A stretch of DNA of 63,981 nt, counting the filler, from Sanchytrium tribonematis (lineage: Eukaryota): NCBI GenBank assembly GCA_018985235.1. It is 6 parts of 6 records of this genome, joined end to end, with 100 filler letters (N's around TTAATTAATTAA, not from the genome) between each part and the next. Parts side by side here need not be neighbours in the genome. Positions count along the whole stretch, not along the records: positions 44,461 to 55,430 come from JADGIG010000274.1; positions 55,531 to 63,981 come from JADGIG010000377.1; 4 more parts are not named here. One strand, written 5' to 3'. The position numbers and the translations under genes are program-made. The notes below the pieces were generated by a model. It was not told the origin of the DNA, did no database searches, and worked only from the letters and a program-made list of their open reading frames with translations. Shown here in pieces: positions 49,228 to 59,639 of the stretch; positions within the stretch are counted from its first letter, which is position 1, and every line of letters starts with the position of its first letter.

Positions 49228-51082
49228 TTAAGGTTCAAAAATAAGATTGACATTCTCTACAATACACTCCACCACTCGACAAATATGCATTAGATCTTCC
49301 TTTTCTACTCGGACGAGACTGGGGCCCACTCTCAAAGCCAAACAAAAGGCACTTAATTTCTTTTTCTCAGTAATTCTACGTTATTATGACATACTTGTAT
49401 AAATTTTGCATTAAAAGCTTGAGAGCACAATAATTTGCATCAGGAAGCTTATTTACACAGTCGTGGATCCCAATAACTCTTCTTCGATTGTCGTCACATT
49501 TGACAGAACCAATAAATTCATGGACCATATAATTAGGTATTAAACCGTCAGGAAGTTCTCTAAAAAATAGCAATATCAGTTCGCAGATGATAGGCATTGT
49601 AATCGCATTGACATCTACAGATGGAGCATGTTTGTTTAATTGGTTTCTGAGAGGTATAATTTTGTCAAGAGACTCATTTGAATTGTAAATGTCTACTCTT
49701 TCAGAATATCTATTTAAGCTATTGATAAGACTTTCTAAAACCCTGGGTGTATTTGAGTCGTCCTTTTCACAAAGAGATTGAAGATCCACGCCAAAATTTC
49801 CAAAAATAAGATCTGATGCATTCTCTGTCATCAAACGACTATCAGACTTAAATGGTTTTGTAGCAACATTCATTTCTTGGACGTGCTCGAGATAAACCTT
49901 TTCATTATTATTGTAAGAGAATCGAATGAAGTCCGCTAGATCTTTTTCGAGATTAAATCTCTGAACCACTTCCAAAAAAGTAGTAGTAAGAAAACCATCT
50001 TCGTCAATCTCCGCTTCGTGAGGAGTAAGACTGTAGCTGTTTTCTCTATGTAATACCATCCTCTCGAAATTTTCATCCAGATCGTGTAAGTCGGAGGGTT
50101 CATTTTCGTAAGAGCCAAGCAGCAGACGTCGTTGGTCATTTTCAGCTTTCATCGACTTCCAATATACACCAAAGGCCCACTTATATCGGTCACTTAATTC
50201 CTTACTAAGTTCAATCATAGAATGTAGCAACTTTGGAAGATGAATTCTATAGTGGTTTTGATGGAATGATATCAATACGGCAATCTGCTTTTGATATTTA
50301 ATTGACTTGTCCCCTGTCTTCACAGAGTACTTAGATTCAAGACCTTGTAGACTTTCCAAAGACGTCTTGCTTCCCAGAATGTTGAAAGCAGATTTTCTTT
50401 TGTTGACGACGGGCTTTGAAAGATCTAAAATAAATTGAACTCTATTTTCAATGCTCTCCTCCCATTTCTGTGTGTAAACATGCAAGTCTTTCTTGAAACC
50501 CTCAAGAATTTTCTCTTGTTCTTTCTTTGACTTTTGCAAATCTTCTAAAGAACTTTTCATTCTCTTTCGACTATTTTCATGTCCATCTACAATTCCCTTA
50601 ATGTCTTGCGACAAAGATTCTAAAGATTGTCCTAAAAGTACTTGGAGATTGCCACTTTCCAGTTGAATCCTCTCCAATACGCTTAGCTTCGAGGTAGTTT
50701 CTAGAATTGCGTCATTGGGTACAACCCTTGCGTCAACGCTCCTCTTGAATTGCGAAAACGCGTTCGAATTGCTCTTTCCTGAGCTTTTCAAAAGCTGTCC
50801 CTTTTTCTTCAGGTAGTCACTAAGTTCTAGAAGTTGAAAAACTTGATACTTGATATATTCAATCATATAATCTGGTCCTTCTTTTAAATCACAGAGCAAA
50901 TTGACTAAATTGTGTTCATCAGAGCTATGAGTTTGGTAAGTTGGTTGAGACTGCCACTTCTCTGAAATTTTATCAGAGGCCCTACTTCCTTCGGGACTAC
51001 TAACCTTAGATATCTCACTTTTAATGTCAGGCTGTCTTAATAATGTAGCATAGCCAAGTTTTGGAATCGATTCTAGATTCAT
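49228..51082 (-). CDS. F-BAR-like coiled coil plus RhoGAP protein (Rgd1-like); 2 exons, 611 aa
   Basis: FGVDLQ, LFFRELPDGLIP, LPDANYCALKLLM; short last exon (..VGPSLVR..NVNLIFEP*) after intron 49376-49394. Confidence 0.85.
49376..49394 (-). other. 19-nt spliceosomal intron
   Basis: gtatgtcataataacgtag; splicing completes the RhoGAP domain. Confidence 0.88.
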
Positions 51083-51252
51083 ATCACTTAAAACAATGGC
51101 CTACAAAATTGATCCGCCAAGTAAAACTAGAAAGATATAGTAAAATCTGAAATAGAAGCTAAATAGTAACAAATTTTTAGAAGATAAACACTTACGAAAT
51201 TGTAGATATTAGAAAAATACGTGAACGATGTTGGCGTCAAAATTTGAAACAC

Positions 51253-52038
51253 ATGTTGAATCTTTTTCGAACGGTAGTATTGGTTAGTTTAGCTAGCTTT
51301 TTATATTACTACTATGGTACAAAAGAATCAGATCTAGAACGTAGAGCTGCAAACAATTTCATTTCACAATGTAGCTTGCCAAATTTAGTAGCTTTGACAG
51401 TATTTAAAGCTGGACCGCACCTTGATGCTTGGTTAGCTGCATTGGCAATTCAAAATGTTAAGATCACGTTCATGTTAGACAGGGCCACTTTATCAAATGT
51501 TGCATTGGTCCAGCGTATTGTTAACGAAGGACATAATGTCGGAATTGATGCTTTCAATGAGCCTTTGACCACTAGTAACATTGTTGCAACTTTGAAAGAA
51601 TTGGGTAATATCGTGGGTCCTACCATTAAAAAAATCCCCCGATTTTACACTTTGAATCAGCCAAATGCAGAGGAACTTGCGGGAGTTGCATTGCAGTCTG
51701 CATTCTATGCGGTTAATGTAAATACAGAGTTTTTGAAGACCGGTAACTTAATTACTCAAGTTGCTGGAATTCAATTGTCTGGAACTCAAACAATTTTAGG
51801 AATGGTGGATAGTGCTGAATCACAGATTGATACAACAGCATTTGCAACCTTTTTGCAAACATTGGTAAACTCCAAAAACAACCTCGTCTCTTTGGCTGAT
51901 TGTACTCAGAAATCTTCTGCATATGACTTATGGTGGAGCACTGGTCAAAGTTCTTCAGCTTCTACTAGCACTGATGGAAATAATGCTAAAGTCAATCAAA
52001 AAAGTAGCAGTGGTATGCTGAAATGGTTTTTATGGTGA
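51253..52038 (+). CDS. Degenerate polysaccharide-deacetylase (CE4/NodB)-like surface protein 1
   Basis: N-terminal anchor; ISQCSLPNLVALT, NVKITFM, VQRIVNEGHNVG, LVSLADC. Confidence 0.7.
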   Translation: MLNLFRTVVLVSLASFLYYYYGTKESDLERRAANNFISQCSLPNLVALTVFKAGPHLDAWLAALAIQNVKITFMLDRATLSNVALVQRIVNEGHNVGIDAFNEPLTTSNIVATLKELGNIVGPTIKKIPRFYTLNQPNAEELAGVALQSAFYAVNVNTEFLKTGNLITQVAGIQLSGTQTILGMVDSAESQIDTTAFATFLQTLVNSKNNLVSLADCTQKSSAYDLWWSTGQSSSASTSTDGNNAKVNQKSSSGMLKWFLW

Positions 52039-52057
52039 GTAAATTTTTTATTTAATT

Positions 52058-52958
52058 TTACAATAAATTAGCCACAATTAAGTACAATAAAAAAGCAGAT
52101 GAGACTTCACCACTACTACCAGAGGGTCCCTGGTTCTGCGGCGCATTGATTGAATTGGTATAAGGAACATCGCCGAGACACTCGCTTAAGGAAACAACAG
52201 AATATTTGTAAGGATCAGATTTTAAAAATTGAATATAAGCCAATATATCAAGCCTTGTAATTAACGTTTGGTCCATATGAGTATGTGCCCAAATGTATTT
52301 TAGTCTATTTCCACCTTGTACGAAAGGATCGATCGTAGTTTTATATGTGCCATATATTTCAGCTGCGGACTGAGTCAAATCTTGCAAGTAAACTTGAGCT
52401 TTAATAGGAACAAAGCCCATGTCCATAGCCCATTTTGCTGTATTTGTTTCGACAGTCCAGTCCGATCCGTATCTAAATAAGTAAAAGCTACTTGAAAAAC
52501 ACGAATTTGGGATATTTGCCTCCCAGGTACACCTTGACAGACTCCGCAAATCCGATCAATTGAGCCTTGAATGTAGACTCGTCCATGTATTTCATATCTG
52601 CTGGATATAGTGGAACTGCTAATCCCACTTCCATACCATCTAAAAGCAACCCATCGATTTGGCCCTTCAAGTCAGGCCGGCTATCTACCGTGACAGGATT
52701 GACGAAGAAGGCACATTTAATTCCTTGAGCAAGACAAGCTTTTCTAAACTCATATGTCTTATTAAATCCCGGTCCATCTGTAAAGACTACACTCATTTTT
52801 GAAATGGTGTTACACTCTCTTCTATAATAATAATTTGTTCCGGCTTGTTTTCTTTGAGGGGATTTTCTAACTAACTCATTTTCTCCACCAAATCCAAACC
52901 CATAGTATAAAACTATTGCTACTATAACAAGGACTGTAGTTCTAAAGATATTCAACAT
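52058..52958 (-). CDS. Degenerate CE4/NodB-like GPI-type protein 2; 2 exons, 293 aa
   Basis: VVFTDGPG, IKCAFFVN, GKYPKFV, VVSLSECLGD, hydrophobic C-terminus; intron 52473-52491. Confidence 0.75.
52473..52491 (-). other. 19-nt spliceosomal intron
   Basis: gtagcttttacttatttag; splicing gives KFVFF-K-YGSDW. Confidence 0.88.
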
Positions 52959-53028
52959 TTACAGTGGCTTGAAATGACCTCTTTTAAAAGTTTTAGAATT
53001 TCATAAGCTTTTATTCCTAAAGAGTCCA

Positions 53029-53981
53029 TTATTGCAGAATGGCCAGCAATAATACCAAGATAAGATTTGCAACCCCAATTTGAACTTGGGAAGCAATGGA
53101 ACCATAATTTGTATTTTTGCTGCTATAGTCTTGGTTCGTACCGTCAATGCTATCACATGTGGTTGGCATGTTAAAAAATCCAGGTGATTTTGATAAGCCC
53201 AAAGGAATTATGTTGGCTAAATTATTATATAATTACTGGATTTTAGGGAGCTTTCTCCTGCTAAACCAACACAATTATTTATCTGAGTCACAGAATATCC
53301 TTTGGCTTCTGCTGATGCAATCGCTTGGGAAACAACCCCGACATCGACTGCATTTGTTTCTGAATCTTCAATGCTAAAAATGTATCCGTTACCATCTTCT
53401 AAAGACTGAGCCATAACATCCACATCTGACAATTTTTGAATGTCACCATTTCCTTTGGTGTTTTGAATAACCACGAAACCCATGTCATTTGCAATTTTTA
53501 CCATTGGAGATATATCAATGAGGCAGTTGCTTTTACTGATATTTGGGATTCTGATATATTTAGGCCATTGCCCAGCAAAGTTCATCGCCACTGAAATTTT
53601 GTCAGCATATTGACCCAGATACGTCGCAAAGTCATTCGCACTCATCGCTGCCAAGTCCTCTGGCCACAGTGGAACTTCAATACCAACAATTTGATTTTGT
53701 GAAAAAGCGTTGGAGATAATTGCTTTGTTTAGCTCATTTAAATTGTTAGGATTCACCATCAGAGTTGCTTTTTTGTTTTTAAGTTGAAAAACCGTCAACA
53801 AATCAGTAGTTTTGATGGAGGGTGACCAAGTCATCATGAATCCAATTTGTTTTTTAGCAATGCATTTGTTAAAGATTTTCAAGGCTTGTTTCTTGATTTT
53901 TGGTGTTTCCACTGAGTTGGGAATGCTAGAAAGATATACCATTATCAATATCAAAGTTAAAGATTTAAAACTATCAAACAT
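53029..53981 (-). CDS. Degenerate CE4/NodB-like GPI-type protein 3; 2 exons, 310 aa
   Basis: KATLMVN, WPKYIRIP, KGYSVTQINNCVG; spliced last exon ends ANLILVLLLAILQ*. Confidence 0.7.
53217..53236 (-). other. 20-nt spliceosomal intron (only non-19-nt case found)
   Basis: gtaattatataataatttag; splicing adds an open last exon with a GPI-like hydrophobic end. Confidence 0.75.
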
Positions 53982-54043
53982 TTTGGCAATGATGGGTAAC
54001 TTTTAAAACACGTAAAATTTATTCGAAAGATTTTTAATAAATT

Positions 54044-54988
54044 TTATAAAAGGTTAGGTGAGATTGGGTGAACAGAAAATGCTTGGTTACTACTGCATAC
54101 AGATTCATGTGAAGTCTTTCCAATATTTGTTTTCTTTTTGCGATAAACTGGCATATCATCCATATCAGACATCTTAGAAGAGGTGATACTGACTATGCTA
54201 TCACCTGATATTCTTTTCATATAATTTGTCTCTTCTATACTTTCTGTAAATGCACTTGGAACATAGCTAGTAGTTGTATAGGCCGTGGAAGCAATACTGA
54301 TAGGATTCTTTTTAGTGTCCGCTGCAGATTTTGGCGTGATCAACACCGTGTCTGCTGGGGATAATGTGCTATCGGACAAGAAATCCGAAGGATCTTCTGA
54401 TAATCTATGTTTAGTTGGAGTGACTGAAAACATAGTATTTGGTTCTGGCGTAGATGGAATTTTCTTTTCTTGATCCAACTCGTAACTTTCAACATTTTTA
54501 ATCTGAAAATGAAGCGGTGAACTTTTAGTTGGACTATTGACAATATCCGGAGACATGATTCTTTCTTCCATGTGTGCATTTGGTGATTTCATCGATGATT
54601 GAAAACTGGTGGATTTGCTGCTGATTGTCATAGCTTCTAAATCATTCTTGGACTTCTTCTTTTTTCTGTAAACATAATAGGCTGATGACACAAGGACAAC
54701 AGCACCACAAGATACACCTATGGTCCAAGTTACGGGACCGGAACCAGATTGCTCTTCGCCACTAGAATTGGAATCTGTAGAGCCAGATGAAGAATTTGTT
54801 TGCGCTGTAGTGTTGGTAACAGTAGCAGTGCTCGGTGTTGTAACAGTAGAGCCTTGGGTTGAAGGGGGAGTAACGGTAGTTGTAGGATTGGTAGATTGAG
54901 CCTGTCCAGTTAACGCTTTGTGAGGATCAAAGTTCATTAAGGCGTCGGATGCAGACTGAGCAAACGCTAGTGCGACCAAAAATGACAT
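54044..54988 (-). CDS. Single-pass Ser/Thr-rich membrane protein (Mid2/Wsc-like topology)
   Basis: Signal peptide, S/T stalk, TM segment, RKKKK stop-transfer, Ser-rich cytosolic tail. Confidence 0.8.
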   Translation of the reverse strand: MSFLVALAFAQSASDALMNFDPHKALTGQAQSTNPTTTVTPPSTQGSTVTTPSTATVTNTTAQTNSSSGSTDSNSSGEEQSGSGPVTWTIGVSCGAVVLVSSAYYVYRKKKKSKNDLEAMTISSKSTSFQSSMKSPNAHMEERIMSPDIVNSPTKSSPLHFQIKNVESYELDQEKKIPSTPEPNTMFSVTPTKHRLSEDPSDFLSDSTLSPADTVLITPKSAADTKKNPISIASTAYTTTSYVPSAFTESIEETNYMKRISGDSIVSITSSKMSDMDDMPVYRKKKTNIGKTSHESVCSSNQAFSVHPISPNLL

Positions 54989-55430
54989 TTCGTTTACGAG
55001 CTGCTCTGTTTCTTTTTAATTAATTGCATCACTTGCCTTGAGGTATTTGTGCCAATCAAAATGATGCAAACATATTTGCAAGATAAACATTATGGTTTGA
55101 AATATAGCGGTTAAAGACTTGTAATATTTCTAATTTTTTTACCAAGTTTTGCAAGTCATTTTTTGCCTGTTTTGGTTTTCGCGAAACTTCAAACTTGTTC
55201 TGCCTCTGATATTTAAACATGCTCAATAATAATCGTTTTAAAGATGAACCGTTGTTACAACATACGAAGCATTGTTTTACTAAGACCATTGTATTTGCAA
55301 GCGGGTCATGTAATTTACAATTTTCAGTTACTGATTAAATTATTAGAGATTCGATTTCTGCAGCGTTTGGACTAAAGATATGACACTCTTAACGTTTGTC
55401 ACACGTTGACAATTTTGCCATTCAACAATG

Positions 55431-55530
55431 NNNNNNNNNNNNNNNNNNNNNNNNNNNNNNNNNNNNNNNNNNNNTTAATTAATTAANNNNNNNNNNNNNN
55501 NNNNNNNNNNNNNNNNNNNNNNNNNNNNNN
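55431..55530. other. Artificial contig spacer
   Basis: N44-TTAATTAATTAA-N44. Confidence 0.99.
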
Positions 55531-56148
55531 TTTTTGAATAAAATCTCTCATTCTATTTCTTAATTTGACTATGTTTCTATTTTCTACTTTAATAATTTGA
55601 TTTTTGACAAGATGATTAACATAGTAACAAAAAGTTTCGGGGTCGTACTTTTTCAGCAAATTGTCTATAGAAATATTAATTGAGAACTTTCTTATCAAAG
55701 AAAAGTTCAAATTGGCAGTTATTTGGTCATAAAACGCATCATTTTCAAAAATATTGATTTCCCTTTGAACGAGTTGCTTTGTGTCATTCAAAAATTGGTC
55801 CAAAATTATAGAATCTGGTAGATTTAAATGAAAATTTACAAATTTATCAAGTTTTGCTTCAAAATAAAATAGCCAAATCTTGAATTGAGTATCAATGGTT
55901 AAATTTTGGCACAAGATTACGAAAATGTTGTGATGCATCTTTCGTATACTGCTGGAGTATTCTTCGTATGATTGGATTTCAATTTCAAGAAATTTGTATT
56001 TAGGTTGGCGTATATTGTAATCGTCAACAAATAAAATAACGGCTATATCTGGAGGTATAAAGTATGTTTCTAACCAATAGCATGCTGAGGCGTTGTATTT
56101 TGTCATGATCAATCTTTTACATCCACTAGGGAGTAAAAGCTTATTCAT
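55531..56148 (-). CDS. Hypothetical protein, 3'-truncated
   Basis: ORF of over 200 codons open to the contig edge. Confidence 0.6.
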
Positions 56149-56175
56149 TCTCAGTGAAACAAAGGAACCTATTCC

Positions 56176-56352
56176 ATGGATAAACTGAGAGAAAATGCTA
56201 TTAATGGAACTTTAACGTTTAACAAAATGATAAATAAATACCGGAAAGAAAGAGGTACCTATATGGATAGAAATACAGGCACCTGGCAAGGTACTGTGGA
56301 AGAATTAGCAGCTAGAAATTTGGATGGTGATATTCAAACTTACTCAAAGTAA
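56176..56352 (+). CDS. 58-aa small protein missed by the ORF track
   Basis: MDKLRENAINGTLTFNKMINKYRKERGTYMDRNTGTWQGTVEELAARNLDGDIQTYSK*; fills most of the gap between two genes. Confidence 0.55.
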   Translation: MDKLRENAINGTLTFNKMINKYRKERGTYMDRNTGTWQGTVEELAARNLDGDIQTYSK

Positions 56353-56393
56353 AGAAATTTATTACTGCGTAAAACTAATAACAGAATTTACAT

Positions 56394-57509
56394 TTAATCA
56401 GAAGTCTTGTTAGGATTCAAGCAAGCATCCAAAATTTTGATTCCTAATCCCTTATTTCCAAAAATATTTTCCCCTGTTCTAGAACTACACAAGAATGAAT
56501 CTGCATCTACATTTTTCATAAATGTTACTACCCTAGACGAAGAATGGTCACTTTCTGATAAAAGATCCATCTTGTTCAGTACCACAATTTTTGGAAGGCT
56601 TGCCAATTTTGGATTAAATTTGAAAAGCTCATTAAGCAATTGATTATATGTATCGAGTAATCTGGAATTCTCAAAGCGCAGGTTGGTGGAAAGCTCTGGA
56701 TGAGAATCTAACACTATTAAAAGTAATTTACATTTTTCAATATGCTTGAGAAACTTATGACCAAGGCCCTTGTCTTCAGAAGCGCCGTCAATTATACCAG
56801 GGATATCTGCAATTTTGAGTAAATTTTGATCTGGTATCTTTTCAGAGTACTTTTTTAAAAAGTAGTCACGACTCAAGCAAATACCAATGCTGGGGGACTT
56901 TGTAGTAAATGCATAATCTCCTACCTTCGAGTTGCAATTGCTTAACTTTCGTACTAAACTAGATTTGCCGCTATTCGGCAACCCAACTAATCCTATGTCA
57001 GCCATACATTTCAGTTCTAGATAAGCTTTAATTAATTGACCTGGTTCGCCCTTACCACTGATTCTTGGAGACGAATTTTTAGAGCTATAGTGCGGATTTC
57101 CAAGACCTTTCGCTCCACCTTTTGCAATTAATTTCAAATCACTCAGCGTGTCTATCTCAAGTGTTTTCAAATAAATTTCGTTGTGGGTATTTTCTTGTGA
57201 AAAAGGGCTTTGTTGGCTTCGATGATATAATTTAATCGAAGTTCCAACTGGAACATCCACAAAAAGATCGATTGCATTTTTACCATGTCTGTACATGTTT
57301 CTACCTATACCACCATTATTTGCTGTATATGTCGATTTCAAAGCTCCCAAATGAGGTAAACTTGGGTTTGCCTTAAAATATATGTTTCCACCATTTCCGC
57401 CGTTTCCGCCATTGGGTTTACCTTTGGGAATAAATGCGCCTCTATTAAAGGAGATGGCACCCTTGCCACCGTTACCTGCCTTACACAAAATTGTTCGGCA
57501 GTCTATCAT
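56394..57509 (-). CDS. MTG2: Obg-family GTPase (organellar MTG2-like)
   Basis: AGNGGKG, GGNGGNGGN, ADIGLVGLPNSGKSS, YAFTT, ADIPGII, NKMD. Confidence 0.92.
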   Translation of the reverse strand: MIDCRTILCKAGNGGKGAISFNRGAFIPKGKPNGGNGGNGGNIYFKANPSLPHLGALKSTYTANNGGIGRNMYRHGKNAIDLFVDVPVGTSIKLYHRSQQSPFSQENTHNEIYLKTLEIDTLSDLKLIAKGGAKGLGNPHYSSKNSSPRISGKGEPGQLIKAYLELKCMADIGLVGLPNSGKSSLVRKLSNCNSKVGDYAFTTKSPSIGICLSRDYFLKKYSEKIPDQNLLKIADIPGIIDGASEDKGLGHKFLKHIEKCKLLLIVLDSHPELSTNLRFENSRLLDTYNQLLNELFKFNPKLASLPKIVVLNKMDLLSESDHSSSRVVTFMKNVDADSFLCSSRTGENIFGNKGLGIKILDACLNPNKTSD

Positions 57510-57651
57510 AAAAAACTTTATTGCAAACGGAGTTTTGTCACCCTAAATCTGTTTCAAGTCCAAATGACCAAACGATGATCCGCTGACTTAAGACGTACTA
57601 AATACGCACGCACGTAACTTTATATAACAGTGCCTAGTAATTGAGGGTTAA

Positions 57652-58059
57652 ATGGAGTGTGTCTTGTTGCATTTGACTGAGCTTGTTCCACATGATATTG
57701 TAGAACTTTTGCAAACTCATAAACCAGTAGAATTCGTGAGATCTGCATCGATCGACAATGATTCCAAGCCGGACTGGGAAGCACTGAAACAGCAATATGA
57801 ACTTCAGAATCCTGGCAAGAAACAATTTTTCTGCCAAGACTGCCAAAGAGGATTTTCAAGAATATATGAATTAGACCGGCACATAAAAACTGTTCACGTG
57901 GAAAAAGTAACATGTGTTTATTGCCATCGAGCTCTGAAGGTAGCCAATAGAAAAGACATGCAAAGAAAGCATCTACAATTTAAGTGTGCCCCATTTCTAA
58001 GATTAGACGAAAGTGTTGATAATGTCGATCTTTCCAAGTGTTTTATACCATTTAAATAA
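57652..58059 (+). CDS. C2H2 zinc-finger protein
   Basis: FCQDCQRGFSRIYELDRHIKTVH; second finger CVYC..H....C. Confidence 0.85.
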   Translation: MECVLLHLTELVPHDIVELLQTHKPVEFVRSASIDNDSKPDWEALKQQYELQNPGKKQFFCQDCQRGFSRIYELDRHIKTVHVEKVTCVYCHRALKVANRKDMQRKHLQFKCAPFLRLDESVDNVDLSKCFIPFK

Positions 58060-58208
58060 TTTTGAATAAATTTTGATTATTTTGTATTATCTAGAAAAAA
58101 CAATTGATCTTGGCATTCACAATAGGTTTCAAAATTTTTTGAAATCAAGAAGTAACAGAAATATAATATTGATGAGTCCAAAGTATATCAAAAAAAGAAA
58201 AAATGTAA

Positions 58209-58280
58209 CTCCGAAACGGGGAATCGAACCCCGGTTTCCTGCGTGACAGGCAGGTGTACTGGCCACTATACTATTTCGGA
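58209..58280 (-). tRNA. tRNA-Asp(GTC), intronless
   Basis: Acceptor stem TCCGAAA/TTTCGGA + G73; anticodon arm CCTGC-CTGTCAC-GCAGG; T-loop GGTTCGATTCC; downstream oligo-T Pol III terminator. Confidence 0.97.
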
Positions 58281-58424
58281 TTGAGTTACAACTTAATTTA
58301 GTGTTTATAAAAGATTTTAAAATATTATATAGTTCATTATTAGAATAGATGTATGTTGTTCTTGGTGTTGATTTTTTTAAATTTATTTTGCAAGATTGAA
58401 TTTCACCTCCTCAAAACAACTACA

Positions 58425-59633
58425 ATGACCGTCCATTTGAATAAGGAAATATTTAAGAAAACTGTGTCTGTAAAAGCACTTAAAGTCCGATCTCAATATA
58501 TTGGGCAATTAAAATTAGAGTTGAAAAATCTTATAATCAAAATTCCTGGCATTAAACCAATTCAAAATTCAGACTCAAATGATGAAAAATTATTGCTATT
58601 AATGGGAGAGTGTCCGCAGCAACTCTTGGATAGATATGGCTGTACTCAGAACGATTTAGACATTCATTTGGATTACAACAATTTCACAATGCATCAAGTT
58701 CTTACTGGACTTTTACCGAAGTCGATGGATATTCCATCCTCTTATGAATCCGTAGGTCACATAGCGCATCTGAACCTAAGAGATGAGCAGCTTCCATATA
58801 AATTTGCTATTGGGAGCATATTTCTAGACAAGTTACCAAACATTAAAACGGTGGTCAACAAAACTGAGGAACTTCAGGAATCAAACCCATTTCGAATTTT
58901 GCCCTTCGAATTGCTGGCAGGTGAAAACAATTTTATTGCAAAGGTACGAGAAACATCCTGTCATTTTGAATTTGACTTTTCAAAAGTATATTGGAATTCC
59001 AGACTTCAAATGGAGCATTTAAGACTTACCACGATGTTCAAACCTTCAGAGTATGTTGCTGATGTTTTTGCAGGAGTTGGCCCTTTTGCCATACCTACTG
59101 CAAAAAATTGTGTTGTTTTTGCAAACGATTTGAACCCTGACTCTTATTTATATCTTAATCATAATTCTAAAGCAAACAAAGTTGTGAACAGGCTATACAG
59201 CTATAATCTTGATGGCAACGAATTTATAAAAAATTCGTTGGATTTCCTTAACCAGAGGAGGGATGAAATAGAACAAAATTTGAACAAGAAAAACTCAAAG
59301 GCTAAAAAGGCTAGAATTAATATTCCAACATTACTCTTTTTTGATCACTATATTTTAAATTTACCGGCAACTGCGATAAATTTTTGTGGTTCTTTTCGCA
59401 ATATATGGCCTAGAGAAGCTCCTTTGCCACTAATTCATTTGTATAGCTTTTTTAAGGGAAATCAAAATGAAGCAGAGGTCAAATTAAAATGTGAAATCAA
59501 TAATAAATTTGGACGAGATGCAAATGCAGAATTTAAAGAATGGACATTTGTTGATGTCAGGAATGTTGGACCAAACAAAAATATGTATTGTATGACATTT
59601 AAACTTCCTGAAGATATTGCATTTGTAAAATAA
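58425..59633 (+). CDS. TRM5: tRNA (guanine-37-N1)-methyltransferase
   Basis: GHIAHLNLR, FDFSKVYWNSRL..EH, DVFAGVGPFAIP, ANDLNP, ILNLP, VRNVGPNK; likely start MTVHLNK. Confidence 0.95.
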   Translation: MTVHLNKEIFKKTVSVKALKVRSQYIGQLKLELKNLIIKIPGIKPIQNSDSNDEKLLLLMGECPQQLLDRYGCTQNDLDIHLDYNNFTMHQVLTGLLPKSMDIPSSYESVGHIAHLNLRDEQLPYKFAIGSIFLDKLPNIKTVVNKTEELQESNPFRILPFELLAGENNFIAKVRETSCHFEFDFSKVYWNSRLQMEHLRLTTMFKPSEYVADVFAGVGPFAIPTAKNCVVFANDLNPDSYLYLNHNSKANKVVNRLYSYNLDGNEFIKNSLDFLNQRRDEIEQNLNKKNSKAKKARINIPTLLFFDHYILNLPATAINFCGSFRNIWPREAPLPLIHLYSFFKGNQNEAEVKLKCEINNKFGRDANAEFKEWTFVDVRNVGPNKNMYCMTFKLPEDIAFVK

Positions 59634-59639
59634 AATGTT

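Noticed and set aside
55056..55289. 77-aa minus-strand ORF
   Set aside because: No motif or fitting intron, near a contig edge; cannot be supported.
11043..55530. Five regularly spaced N44-TTAATTAATTAA-N44 blocks as a biological repeat
   Set aside because: Artificial six-frame-stop linkers. The enclosed contigs are 11040, 10990, 10988 and 10970 bp, i.e. sorted by length, so gene adjacency across them is meaningless.
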